Assembly: GCA_043228905.1 (NCBI GenBank)
Contig: JBHGNT010000010.1
Span: 17,732,001 to 17,796,000 of the forward strand
Source of the DNA: Azolla caroliniana
Lineage: Eukaryota; Plantae; Polypodiophyta
Direction of reading: 5' to 3'
Length of the DNA: 64,000 nt
The notes beneath the pieces were generated by a model. That model ran no database searches, was not told the DNA's origin, and saw only the letters and a program-made list of their open reading frames with translations. The position numbers and the translations under genes are program-made. Within the stretch, counting starts at the first letter, position 1. Each line of letters opens with the position of its first letter. Shown here piece after piece: positions 54,388 through 64,000 of this stretch.

Positions 54388-54427
54388 ACCCTCGAGCGAG
54401 CATTGGTACGTCCAGAAGCTTCACCAT
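40334..54427 (-). CDS. mnmE: Organellar tRNA modification GTPase MnmE/TrmE (GTPBP3), ~562 aa, 10 exons
   Basis: Exons: 54390-54427, 53414-53553, 49307-49626, 43324-43462, 42989-43110, 42640-42843, 42500-42559, 42177-42315, 41757-42088, 40334-40528 (1689 nt, phase-consistent). Motifs: [75 protein letters not shown]-terminal FCIGK. The first two exons are less certain. Confidence 0.93.
40934..41367. mobile_element. Non-autonomous hAT-like DNA transposon (MITE) in the last MnmE intron
   Basis: Imperfect TIRs TAACAGTTGGCAA...TTGCCGATTGTTA and an 8-bp TSD with one mismatch (TTAGAGAC 40926-40933, CTAGAGAC 41368-41375). Many subterminal AACCG/CGGTT motifs. Confidence 0.8.
43705..45466 (+). mobile_element. 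Non-autonomous Ty3/Gypsy-derived LTR element (copy A)
   Basis: TG...CA LTRs at 43705-43913 and 45305-45466, a degenerate PBS after the 5' LTR and a PPT (caggggggaaa). Internal remnants of protease ([13 protein letters not shown]) and integrase ([12 protein letters not shown]). No RT or RNase H seen. Confidence 0.88.
45912..47379 (-). mobile_element. Ty1/Copia 5' fragment (LTR, tRNA-Met PBS, gag) nested in copy B
   Basis: LTR at ~47084-47379 and PBS TGGTATCAGAGC (reverse at 47071-47082). Gag remnants [18 protein letters not shown] and [26 protein letters not shown], plus the zinc knuckle [14 protein letters not shown]. Confidence 0.9.
47385..47745 (+). mobile_element. Ty3/Gypsy integrase C-terminal (GPY/F) fragment, chromovirus-like
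   Basis: [64 protein letters not shown]. Confidence 0.85.
50200..51060 (-). mobile_element. Highly decayed L1-like LINE ORF2 fragment in MnmE intron 2
   Basis: Degenerate QFNDNT (QFADDT-like) at ~50925-50942, followed by WLPSR and EKKGLSL (GGLGL-like) motifs, with many stops. Confidence 0.5.
51281..51542 (+). repeat. 17-bp minisatellite (~15 degenerate units) within a probable LTR-like repeat (~51150-52450)
   Basis: Consensus ACTCGAAGGCTCTTCAG repeated head-to-tail. The flanks are more GC-rich than the intron and carry GAA tracts and AAACCCTA motifs. Element ends were not defined. Confidence 0.8.
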
Positions 54428-55098
54428 CGCTCGCTTCTCCGTCTGTCTGTCTGTCTGTCTGTCTATCTCTCCCCTCCGGGTTTCTTTATTTCTCCAAATG
54501 CCCCCCCACATATTCCACAATTTTCAGTATTATCCCAAATGCCCCTCCTCCTGCGTTTCTCCGACCAATTTCACGTATATGTACATACATGTGATACATA
54601 CATATATAGATAGGTAGATAGTTGTATGTTGTTGTACATAGACCCCTTGCTAGAGCTAGCTAGTTACCTATGTTTGTCAGGCATCTGTGTCGGAACCCCT
54701 ACATTGCTAGCTAGTTGCCTGTGTTTGTGTGTGGCCTTCCGAGTAGACTACACGAGGCGTATGTGCATACTTGATTGTATGTTGCCATTGGGCAATCAAC
54801 TCCTGCATATCGGGGAAATAATTGAAACACGATCAGTTACATTGAACTCAATATCTACTACCCCCTCGAATATGTTGCCTCTAAAGGACAGTTATCAATG
54901 TCATTGCCCATTTTCGGCTTGGCACATTGACTTGATCCTTCAAATTTGTCAGGTCCCTTCCATTGTCTGAAAGAACTTACATTGCCAAGTTTCCCAACTG
55001 AGATAGGATGTCGTAGAAGCCCTTGTGAAGGCGTTAATCTAAGTATCATTGTTAAAGTTGTCATTTAAAGTCACGTTGTGCACTCAAGTTTCTCATCA

Positions 55099-55320
55099 TT
55101 AAGTTATGTTGAATTCTAGTCTTGCATGCAATAAGTGTATAGAATCTAAAAGAGAAATTTGAATTAAAGAAAGTTCCTTCTCCCCCCCCCCTTCTACAGT
55201 TGAATCTAAGTTATGTTGAATTCTAGTCTTGCATGCAATAAGTGTATAGAATCTAAAAGAGAAATTTGAATTAAAGAAAGTTCCTTCCCCTCCCCCCCTT
55301 CTCCCCCTCTTCTGCAGTTG
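55099..55320. repeat. Near-identical tandem duplication (~108 bp x2)
   Basis: taagttatgttgaattctagtcttgcatgcaataagtgtatagaatctaaaagagaaatttgaattaaagaaagttccttc occurs at ~55100 and ~55207. Confidence 0.92.
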
Positions 55321-56204
55321 ATTTCTCTTGCCACTAGATGAACATCGAGACATTCTCAACTCCCCAACGAGAGAGAAAACTTGATTTAGTGTTATCCCAT
55401 TATAACGACTCAAATTGATCTTAGCACTTGGGATTCATCAAGGACAATAGAGCTTTTTATCAAAGTTGAAGAGTAAGAGGGGCAAAGTAAATCATTTGCA
55501 TGGACAATGATACTAACAGTCTTAAGCACTTACAATTATGATGGAGCAATGTCAAATCTCCTCTAACCAACATGGGCATATGATTATATCACGGCTTGTG
55601 TAGGGCATTACCTATAAAAAAGACATTGCATTGAAAGGGGATACATCTTGTCTAGTGTTAGGGGGGGGGTAAACGAATACTTGACCACCCATTCGTATTC
55701 GTATTCGTTTGCATTCGAATGGGAAACCCGACAAATGCGAATATGTCAATCTATGGTCGCAATCAATCAACCAAAAGTAAAAAATCCATCACTCAGTTTA
55801 TTACAAAATCAAATAGTTATAATTAAGCTACATGTTACTTCAAGAACAATTTAGTAATGACAATGTAATATGTTTCAACCAATAACCAAACATGTCGCTT
55901 TGAAATAACTATAACATGTGTCTTACCATTCACTCAAACTCGATGAGAACTTTTTCCAAACCAATATTTTTAATGTTAGCTCAATTGAGTGGAGATCTCT
56001 ATGATTTCCAATGTAATGTAGGTCTGTTACGGGAGCATGATCCAACACACAACCCCACATATTACAATTTACTCTAAACATTTACAAAAACAAAGGTCCT
56101 TTGTTTATGGTTTTCACAAAAATAACGTCAAGACCTTCAATGTCAAAACCATATGTTCTTTGCACGTCAAGTACAAAGAACTTTGGGCTTTGCTAATACT
56201 TCCT

Positions 56205-58380
56205 TCAAGACCCAAGGGGAGGAAGAGGACCGCAAGAGAAGCGTCGTTTTTTGGGAGGAGATATGAAGAAGGCGTGAGGGGCTATATTAAGCTGTAATAA
56301 CCGGTTCTTACGTTGCTCTTGTAAGCGGAGCTTCCCCTTGTCATGCCACTTTGTGTCTAAGTTGCAAACCGAAGGGATACGTGTCGATGGGCTCAAATCA
56401 CCTAGGCGTTGATGTCGCACCACACTTCGCCACTCTTGCTCGCCCACATCCAACAATTTTGCCAATTTCTCTTGTTCCCTTCGTTGTTCGAATGAAGTTA
56501 AATCATATGGCCCCTTGGTCAACACAAACTCACTCACTTCCACTGCCCAACTACTTAAACCTCGACCCTTCATGTCGGGCTTCCTTGTACATCGTTGCTC
56601 CGTCGCCATCCTTTCCCTTTGATTTTCTTTCATTGCCTCTACAATCTTGTCATCGATGTCATTCACCCCCTTCAACACCGCTACATATGGTGAATAAAAG
56701 GTTCCGTTCCTTGACTTGGTGCTTATCTGAAAATCAAAATCCCTCATTATCACGTGAAAAATCAACGAATGATCATAGGTCTCATGAATTAGTTCTTAAT
56801 GATAAACACAATCTTGCATATGAAACTTCATTTCATGAAGAAATATTGATCTACCAACATCATATAAATTAGCATAAAATGATGTAAAATGCGCACTTTT
56901 AAAGCATTGAGAAAACATGGAAAAATTTAAGCAACCAACATGGGCACACCTCCCCAACATTAAAATGTCTAAGCATAAAAAATAGTCTTGAACACATCAT
57001 TTATTTCATCTTAATGGAAAGTTTTTTTTCTTATCATCTCAAGTACGACAAGTTATTCAAGAAAGGCCCAATAGTAAGCCATGATCCTATTTACGGATGT
57101 ATCGTTCAAGTGGCATGCTTAATAATGATACTTACCAAGCATTGGACTAAAGGAAGAGGTTCCTTCCCCCCATACCCAAGCACATAAATACATGCTTTCA
57201 TAGGCACATTATGCCCCAAATTTTATCTGACTTATAGAATTAGTTTGTACACTTTGCCGAGCCAATATGGTAAAGCCGTAGAGAGTACAATAGACAATGG
57301 ACACACACACACACAGAAAATCATACTTATCTGGTGTTTGATAGTATTTGGCATTGCCTGTTGGCAAGGAAAGATTTGAATATGTGACTCTGATTCCTTA
57401 TGCAATAATCCTTAAGATGAAATTGTGGAGAGATCACAAAGAGAAAGCATACTAGATGGTGGTTGGTGAGCCAATAATTTTGGATGTGTCCTTTGACACG
57501 ATCAACAACATTCTCGAGTTCTTGGTGTCTAAGTTCGAGATTGTAGCAATGCACATCCTTCCTGACCATATCACCGACACCCAAAGACTGCACGATGAAG
57601 CGTTTCCGGTCGTAGAAGCTATGCACATACTTCCTACTATAGAAACCTCGATATATACGTTGGATGGCAGTGGCTTTCGCATCGAAGAATGCCAATCGGT
57701 TCTCCTTGCCCACCTCAATTTGCTTGAGCTTGAACCTTACCCTGCCCAGGTGCCCTCTGTACAACCTTTGTATGTCCGTTGCGGCTCGGTTCCATCTCCT
57801 CAGCATAAATCCAACCAGTTTCCTCCTCAATGCTCTCTGTCCATCATAAAAAAAAGGACATTCGGCTACATGATTAGTCGCCTTTAATCAATAATTACTG
57901 TAGATTTGATATTCAGCGTCATTTGATTAATGCCAAGATCTTTTTTAACCCTCCACATCAATTCCTGATTAATACATACAATTTGGAACTGATATATGGT
58001 GCCTCCATAACATAACGTATCATAATCACATCAAGTGCTTGATACAAACATAATTAGTCTCCTTTAATCAATAATTACTAGTGATTTGGTTCAATTTCAT
58101 CTGGTTAATGCCAAGATTTTTTTAGCCACTTAGATGCATTTACCTGAATTTTAATGGCGGCTTGGTGCTCCTCTAGCCGATGCAATTCTGCATCTCTGGA
58201 TGTTTACATCGGAAATCAACAAATTGTCATGAACCACGTTAATTCAGATGACGGGAAGAAAATGAAATCGAATCATTAGTGTTTTCGAACAAAACCAGAT
58301 CAAAGCAAAAGCCCCTCTTACTCAGAGAGCTTGACAAAGGTCTGTATGACATCTTCGATTCTCTCTTTCGCGTGCAACAT
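56205..58380 (-). CDS. SPATA17: SPATA17-like IQ-motif (calmodulin-binding) flagellar/sperm protein, ~338 aa, 4 exons
   Basis: Exons 58322-58380, 58144-58195, 57453-57836 and 56205-56726 (1017 nt, phases consistent). Three IQ motifs (AAIKIQRALR, AATDIQRLYRGHLGR, KATAIQRIYRGFYSRKYVHSFYDRK) and HHLISTKSRNGTFYSPY are typical of SPATA17/MOT17. Confidence 0.82.
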
Positions 58381-60739
58381 GATGATTCCTTAATCTTTAT
58401 TTATATTGAATCCTTCCCCTGCTTGATTCCTGATTTCCATCTCCTCTGCTTCTGTCTCCTATCCTTCTCTGTCTGTGCTTGTGTCTTTTCTGTCTACTCG
58501 ACGCCGTCCCTTCAAAACCTTCATCATTTTTATAAATTATAATTATTTATTTCTATTTATTTTATGAATTTTGCATTTTCCAAAATCCCCAAAATACCCC
58601 TCCCTATCCCCAACCTTCCGAATCCCATGTCGTCTACCCACCATTTTTTTTTGTAGAAACCCTAACCCCACCCTCTACAAACACTATATGTAGTCTTTTC
58701 GGTCCTCGCTCATGTTTTTTTTCTTTGGACGGGAGGGTTCGTAAAACCCACAGGAACATCCACCGAGAATCACGTTGAATAATCATCATGCCTTTTTTAT
58801 GAAATCCCTGAATGTATCTGAGGATTTTGCAGGCTCTGTCTCTAGATCCTACCTCGTATTTTTGTAACCCAATGGAGACCAGGAGGTCATGGGTTCAACC
58901 CCTACATTCCACAGTGGCATCTAGTGAATTAAGAGATATGTATGAAGTATATAATAGAGAGGTGAGAAATTTAGGTTTTGAACCCAATATGTAGTGCTTG
59001 TAGGGTAAAAACTTCCCATTAGGGTAAGCTAATTACATTAGGGAGATAAAGAGAATTAGAATTTTTATTGTCCATAAAGAGGCCAATTTTGACCTATGGG
59101 GCTAGAGTATACACGTGTTCTTGATACGTGTGTCCTTAAAAAGGGATATTCATACATTGAAGCACAATGTATGAATATCATCCAAATGGTAGGTGTATTT
59201 TGGGAAATTCGTGAATACTTTGAGGTGTTTTGTTCGATTGTGCAAATAAAAATTGTATGTGTAATTATGTGGGCTTATTTATGATTTGTGTCTCTGTTGT
59301 ACAAGTAAGAGGTTGTCAACTGAATCAATTCCAATTATTGATATGTCACCACAAGATTGAAAGCTTGGTCATTCAAATATTCAAACGTTATTCTAATTAA
59401 ATTCTGTGATCTTAAAAGGTTGGTGATTTGAATTGTTCTTGTTGATATCATGTTTGTTTTAGGCCCTATCCAATATAGTATAAACTATCATTACTCTTAA
59501 TGGTTGACATCAATCTCAGCCAATTTTTGTTTGGGTAGAGCCTTGTAGAGTCTATTCTCGTTCAAAATTTGTTCACGTTCCTTGGATGTATTGAGAACGA
59601 CTCTTTTTTGGCTTGAGTAGTGTTATTTCATGTATTGTTGGCTTTGTGTACAACGTGTACTATTTTATCATTTCTAAATTTTCTTTCTTTGTAAAGCTTA
59701 GGCTTGATGTCAATGTTGCTTGCACTCACAAAAGTAGATGCTAACCAAGGTATAGTTGAAATTATCAAATGCATACATTCTTTCACTATCTCCGTTTCTC
59801 CCTTATGCAATTTGGTGGTTGCCTCCATGTGGTTAGCATTGTGACAATGGAAAACTTTCTACACATTGTCTTTTTTGCCACATTTTCATGTCCCTATTTG
59901 CATAACTGACTCATGGAGTTTTGTGTAGTTAAAATAGAAAATATACTACGACGAGATGACATCTACACCTCCCCCAATTTCATTGATTGGCCTAACAAAG
60001 ATTAAAAACCAATGTCACCTTTAATTGTTGTTAATGTTGTTGGGATTGTATGTATCATAGTAGAAGAACATCAATGAACATTACATCATAAGCCATTCAC
60101 AAATGGGAGGACTCAAATCTTCCACTAGGTTAATATTAAACATGATTAACTAAGCATTTTGTGACTATCTTGCAAATTGATGATAAAACAATATGAAGAT
60201 ATTTTTTAGTACACATACAAGTGCCACCAAAGTAAATAATTGGCTAAAAAACTTTCTTATACCCTCAACGCGAACCAAACATACAACTCCTCAAATAACG
60301 CATCTAACTAATCATAGAATTAGATCATTTCTATTGAAGGGAAAAACTTTCACATGCACCCATCCAATGCATTATTTTTTATGCAATAAGAGTTCAAATC
60401 GAACACCATGCAAATATTAAAGAGTGTTCTGCAATCTATTTCCATAACAAGCATCAGAGCAAAAAATATGTAGCTCTAATATGCGGTGGATAAACAAATG
60501 CTTGTGCCTTGTGTTATGTGTTATGTGTGGGGTTTTATGGCTACACCAACGAAGAAAAGATTACACCAACTCAATGTATGTAAATCAACAAGAACAAAAG
60601 AGCGAGGAGGGACAATAAACAAAGACGAGGGGCATTACCTAGTCTAATTTCCCAAATCTAGAGTTGGTGGTCGAGGAACATGGAAATATTGGTCATCTAG
60701 TAGTGAAAAATCTAGTAGCAAAGTAACGATGTATACCAT

Positions 60740-61370
60740 AATATGGTTGAAGATAGAGCTCAGTTAACAAATAAGGTTTTGGATACGCGACAGATTACTC
60801 GACATGTAAAGTGGTGGTGTTGAGTTTCAGATGCAAGATGGCATTCTCATCTTCCATTTCGTGTAAAGAAGTTCCTTTTGTGTGCAATGGTGTATGGGTT
60901 ACCATTGGCAATGGCTTTAAAACGAAGGCATATTTCGAATGGGACATGTTATTTTTGTATATAGTGGTTGAGGAGGATGACAGACATAGGTTCATTACAT
61001 GTCCGGTTGCCAAAGCCATTTGGGTGGTTACATCACAAATTTGGGCATTAGTAACAAGAAGTGATTTGCCACCTTTTCAAGTGGGTTTTCATTAATGGTG
61101 CTAGAGCTCTACCCACCCCATCATATTAGGTGGTGTCAGTGTACCTTATGTATCGGAGGATGTGGTTTAACTGGACCATGAGAAATGGGTTATTGTTTGG
61201 GAAGACTTTGTGGGGGTACCACAACAGCTGCGTAGGCTGAAAGGAAAGTTGATTTGGCGATTTTCGCAGTTATGTTGTATGAGGACGTTGTCCCAAGATG
61301 AGGTAGATTTATTTTCTTGTATTAGAGCATTTGAGAGGATTTATTGTGCCATATCACTTCTAACGAAGTA
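60740..61370 (+). mobile_element. Decayed L1-like LINE 3' fragment (zf-RVT region)
   Basis: EEDDRHRFITCPVAKAIW resembles the E..H.F..C..A..IW motif of plant L1 ORF2, followed by a W..W..RN-like segment. Frameshifted. Confidence 0.6.
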
Positions 61371-61609
61371 GTGGAGATAGTATGGGTTTGTATTATCATC
61401 TTGTTTTAGTAACAAACACAGATTTATAAGAAAGAAGAAGAAGAAGAAGAAGAAGAAGAAGAAGAGGCGAGGGGCATTTTTAGAAATACAGAAAGCTCAG
61501 GGGTAGCATCCGGAATTACGTATTTCCTGATGATCGATTCGTATGGACGTCACAACCCCAACCCAATCAATGGAAAGGAGGAAACGCAGAAGAAATTTGT
61601 ACAGGTTCC

Positions 61610-64000
61610 ATGGAGCTCCTCCCCCTGAGCTTCCCTCTTCTTCGCCAAGAAGACGCCTTTCCCTTCTTCAGAAGCAGAGGAACCTCCCCGAAAACCCCCC
61701 CTTTCCCTTCTGGGGGAACTCATCTTCTCCGCCATAACCAACGAGGTATTTCTTCTCATCTTCATCTTCTTCTTCTTCTTCTTCTCCTTCTACAAGGAAA
61801 CACATCTTTAAAAGTGTAGACGTGAATGCGCAGATTTTGAACAAATGTAGAGTAGGAAGACAGATGAGGGAGGAAGTTTTATTATAGCGATGGATTTAGT
61901 CTGGTATTTAAAAAATAAAGGGAAAAGCTTCCCAAATACCCATCTCAGTTTTTCATTATTTCCTCGATGATCCTGACTCTCGACCACATACATATATGTG
62001 GAGTGTGACCAATTATATGGCCATAACATCCCCTTTTTACTCAACTGTGTACGCTATTTGAGAAATCATATGACCATCGGTATTTTGAGAAACAACAGAA
62101 TATCAGAGGCATTTGTGGAAATAAAGAAAAATTGATGGGGGTGTTCTGAAGCTTTTCCCTTCAGGGGAGATGAACCTATTATACTTTGACGTTTGAAAAT
62201 ATATTGGATTCGTCTTAGTCGAATGATTTAGCCTAATTTCTAGACATATACCTTAAAACGGCTCATCATCATCAGGAATTTAAGTGGACAAGAAAGCTGC
62301 TTTGCCCAGGTCCTATCATAAAAAGAGTTGCAATTGTGGATGAACATATTACATCTAAAGGGCAAAGGCATGATCCAATATGTGGCTTCCTGCCAACTTC
62401 AATTTCGGCTTCTTCATTGGAGCTTCTGTTGATAGATGAGTTGATCTTTGAATTACAGATATGCCGACAAAGAAAAGATCGTGATCATGCAAAATTTGTA
62501 CATACATTTATATGCAGCCATGGTCTGGAAGATCACATAGTTATTGGAAATCATATTGTTCCTACTTTGGTTGGATGTGCAAGTGTGGATGAGGCTCAAA
62601 ACCTCTTCCTTAGGTTGCCGTACCAGAGTGAGCATTCGTGGACTTCTCTCATATCAGGGTTTAGTAATTGTGGGCAATGGCATCGAGCTTTCACCTTATA
62701 TCAGAGAATGTGCAAGGTTTCTATCACTCCTACTACCCATACATACGTTTCGCTTCTGAAAGGATGTTCGATGCACAATGATGTGAGAAGGGGACAAGAA
62801 TTCCATACTCAACTGGTGCAAACAGGATGTGAAATGCATACCATTGTTGGAAATACTTTGGTGAGTATGTATGCGAATTGTGGCTTGGTTTTAGAAGCAC
62901 AAGAAACCTTTGATAATTTGGAAGATCGGGACTTTGTATCATGGAATGCACTTATATCAGGATATGCTGAATATGGACCCTATGAGGAAGCTCTAAAAGC
63001 TTTCAAAAGGATTTCTTTAGAGAATGTGCTGGTTACTGATGCCACATTTGCATGCGTCTTGAAAGCTTGTGGTAATCTAGGTTCCATGGAAATAGGAAGA
63101 AATGTACACACAGAAATCCTTGGGAAAGGATTTGATAGAGAGTTACTTGTCGGGAATGGCTTGGTTGGAATGTATGCTAAGTTTGGATCAATGTCTGAGG
63201 CACATAAAGTCTTTTCACAGCTTCTCATTCAAGATGTGGTGTCATGGACTGCGTTGCTTTCTGGATATTCGGAACATGGTCTGCCACAAGAAGCTCTTGA
63301 GATATTTGAACGTATGCAAGCTGAGGGCATTTCACCAAATGATGTCACATTTGCCGCTGTTGTAAAGGCTTGTGGTGCCTTAGGAGCTCTAAACAAGGGG
63401 CGAGAGTTACACATGAAAATCACTGAACAAGGATCTGGAAAGAATCTAAATGTTTGCAATAGTCTAATAAACATGTATGCAACTTGCGGTGCAATTCCAG
63501 AGGCACAGAAAGTTTTTGCAACTCTGGCAAATCGAGATGTGGTCACGTGGAGCTCTATGATAAGAGGATTTGGCATGAATCATGAAGGTGATTCAGCAAT
63601 ACAATACTTCGAACAGATGCTGGAGCACGGAGTTCAGCCAAATGCAATCACGTTTTCCAGCCTATTGAAGGCTTGCAATGGCAGAAGTTTGATAAGACGA
63701 GGTTATATGTACTTCCGAATGATGGCAAAGTATAGTATCTCCCCAACTATTGAACACTATACTTGCATAGTAGATATGCTTGCCAGGGTTGGGCTTTTGT
63801 ACGAAGCTGAAAGGTTTCTTGAAGCATTGTGCCCTCATTTTGAAGCAGGATGGACATCTTTACTCGGTGCATGCCGAGCTTATGGAGAAGCTGAACTAGG
63901 ATTAAGATGCTTTCATCAACTTGTCTCTTTGAATCCACTAGATTCTGCTTGGTACTTGCTTATGGTTGACATATATGCGAATTTGAGCATCCATCTAGAT
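61610..64000 (+). CDS. PLS-class pentatricopeptide repeat protein with E domain (organellar RNA editing factor type); 3' end off window
   Basis: Exon 61610-61745 (transit-peptide-like, phase 1) joins an open exon 62244->64000. Repeated motifs VSWNALISGY, TFACVLKACG, GNGLVGMYAKFG, VVSWTALLSGY, then EHYTCIVDMLARVG and the E motif WTSLLGACRAYGEAELG. Confidence 0.92.

Noticed and set aside
40334-54427. MnmE as bacterial contamination or recent horizontal transfer
   Set aside because: Ten spliceosomal exons and an N-terminal extension fit an ordinary nuclear-encoded organellar protein.
55650-55745. Possible hAT-type terminus with ATTCGT subterminal repeats
   Set aside because: No matching second terminus or TSD found.
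56351-57887. Plus-strand ORFs of 173 and 143 aa
   Set aside because: Antisense shadows of SPATA17-like exons.

Overview
Eukaryotic, intron-rich land-plant nuclear DNA, most likely a fern. This is inferred from a flagellar SPATA17-like gene, a fern-type intermediate-clade WOX homeodomain and a PLS-class PPR gene. I could splice six protein-coding genes by hand with GT-AG junctions and consistent phases: the 5' part of an NIFK/Nop15-like RRM gene (-), an 18-exon plastid C2 + class-3 lipase (-), a WOX homeobox gene (+), a 10-exon MnmE/TrmE GTPase (-), a 4-exon SPATA17-like IQ protein (-) and the 5' part of a PLS-E PPR gene (+). Non-genic content includes a decayed full-length U6 snRNA copy with a structured GC-rich tail, Copia, Gypsy and LINE remnants, a solo LTR with TSD, a hAT-like MITE and many local tandem duplications. 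The strongest leads are three: a 48-bp tandem array of inverted TGTCNN pairs (ARF IR7/IR8 geometry) at the end of the predicted WOX intron 1, a ~5-kb tail-to-tail inverted pair of non-autonomous LTR elements inside an MnmE intron, and the U6-headed element. About 23.6-33 kb is mostly AT-rich sequence I could not assign. All gene models are manual and lack transcript support.
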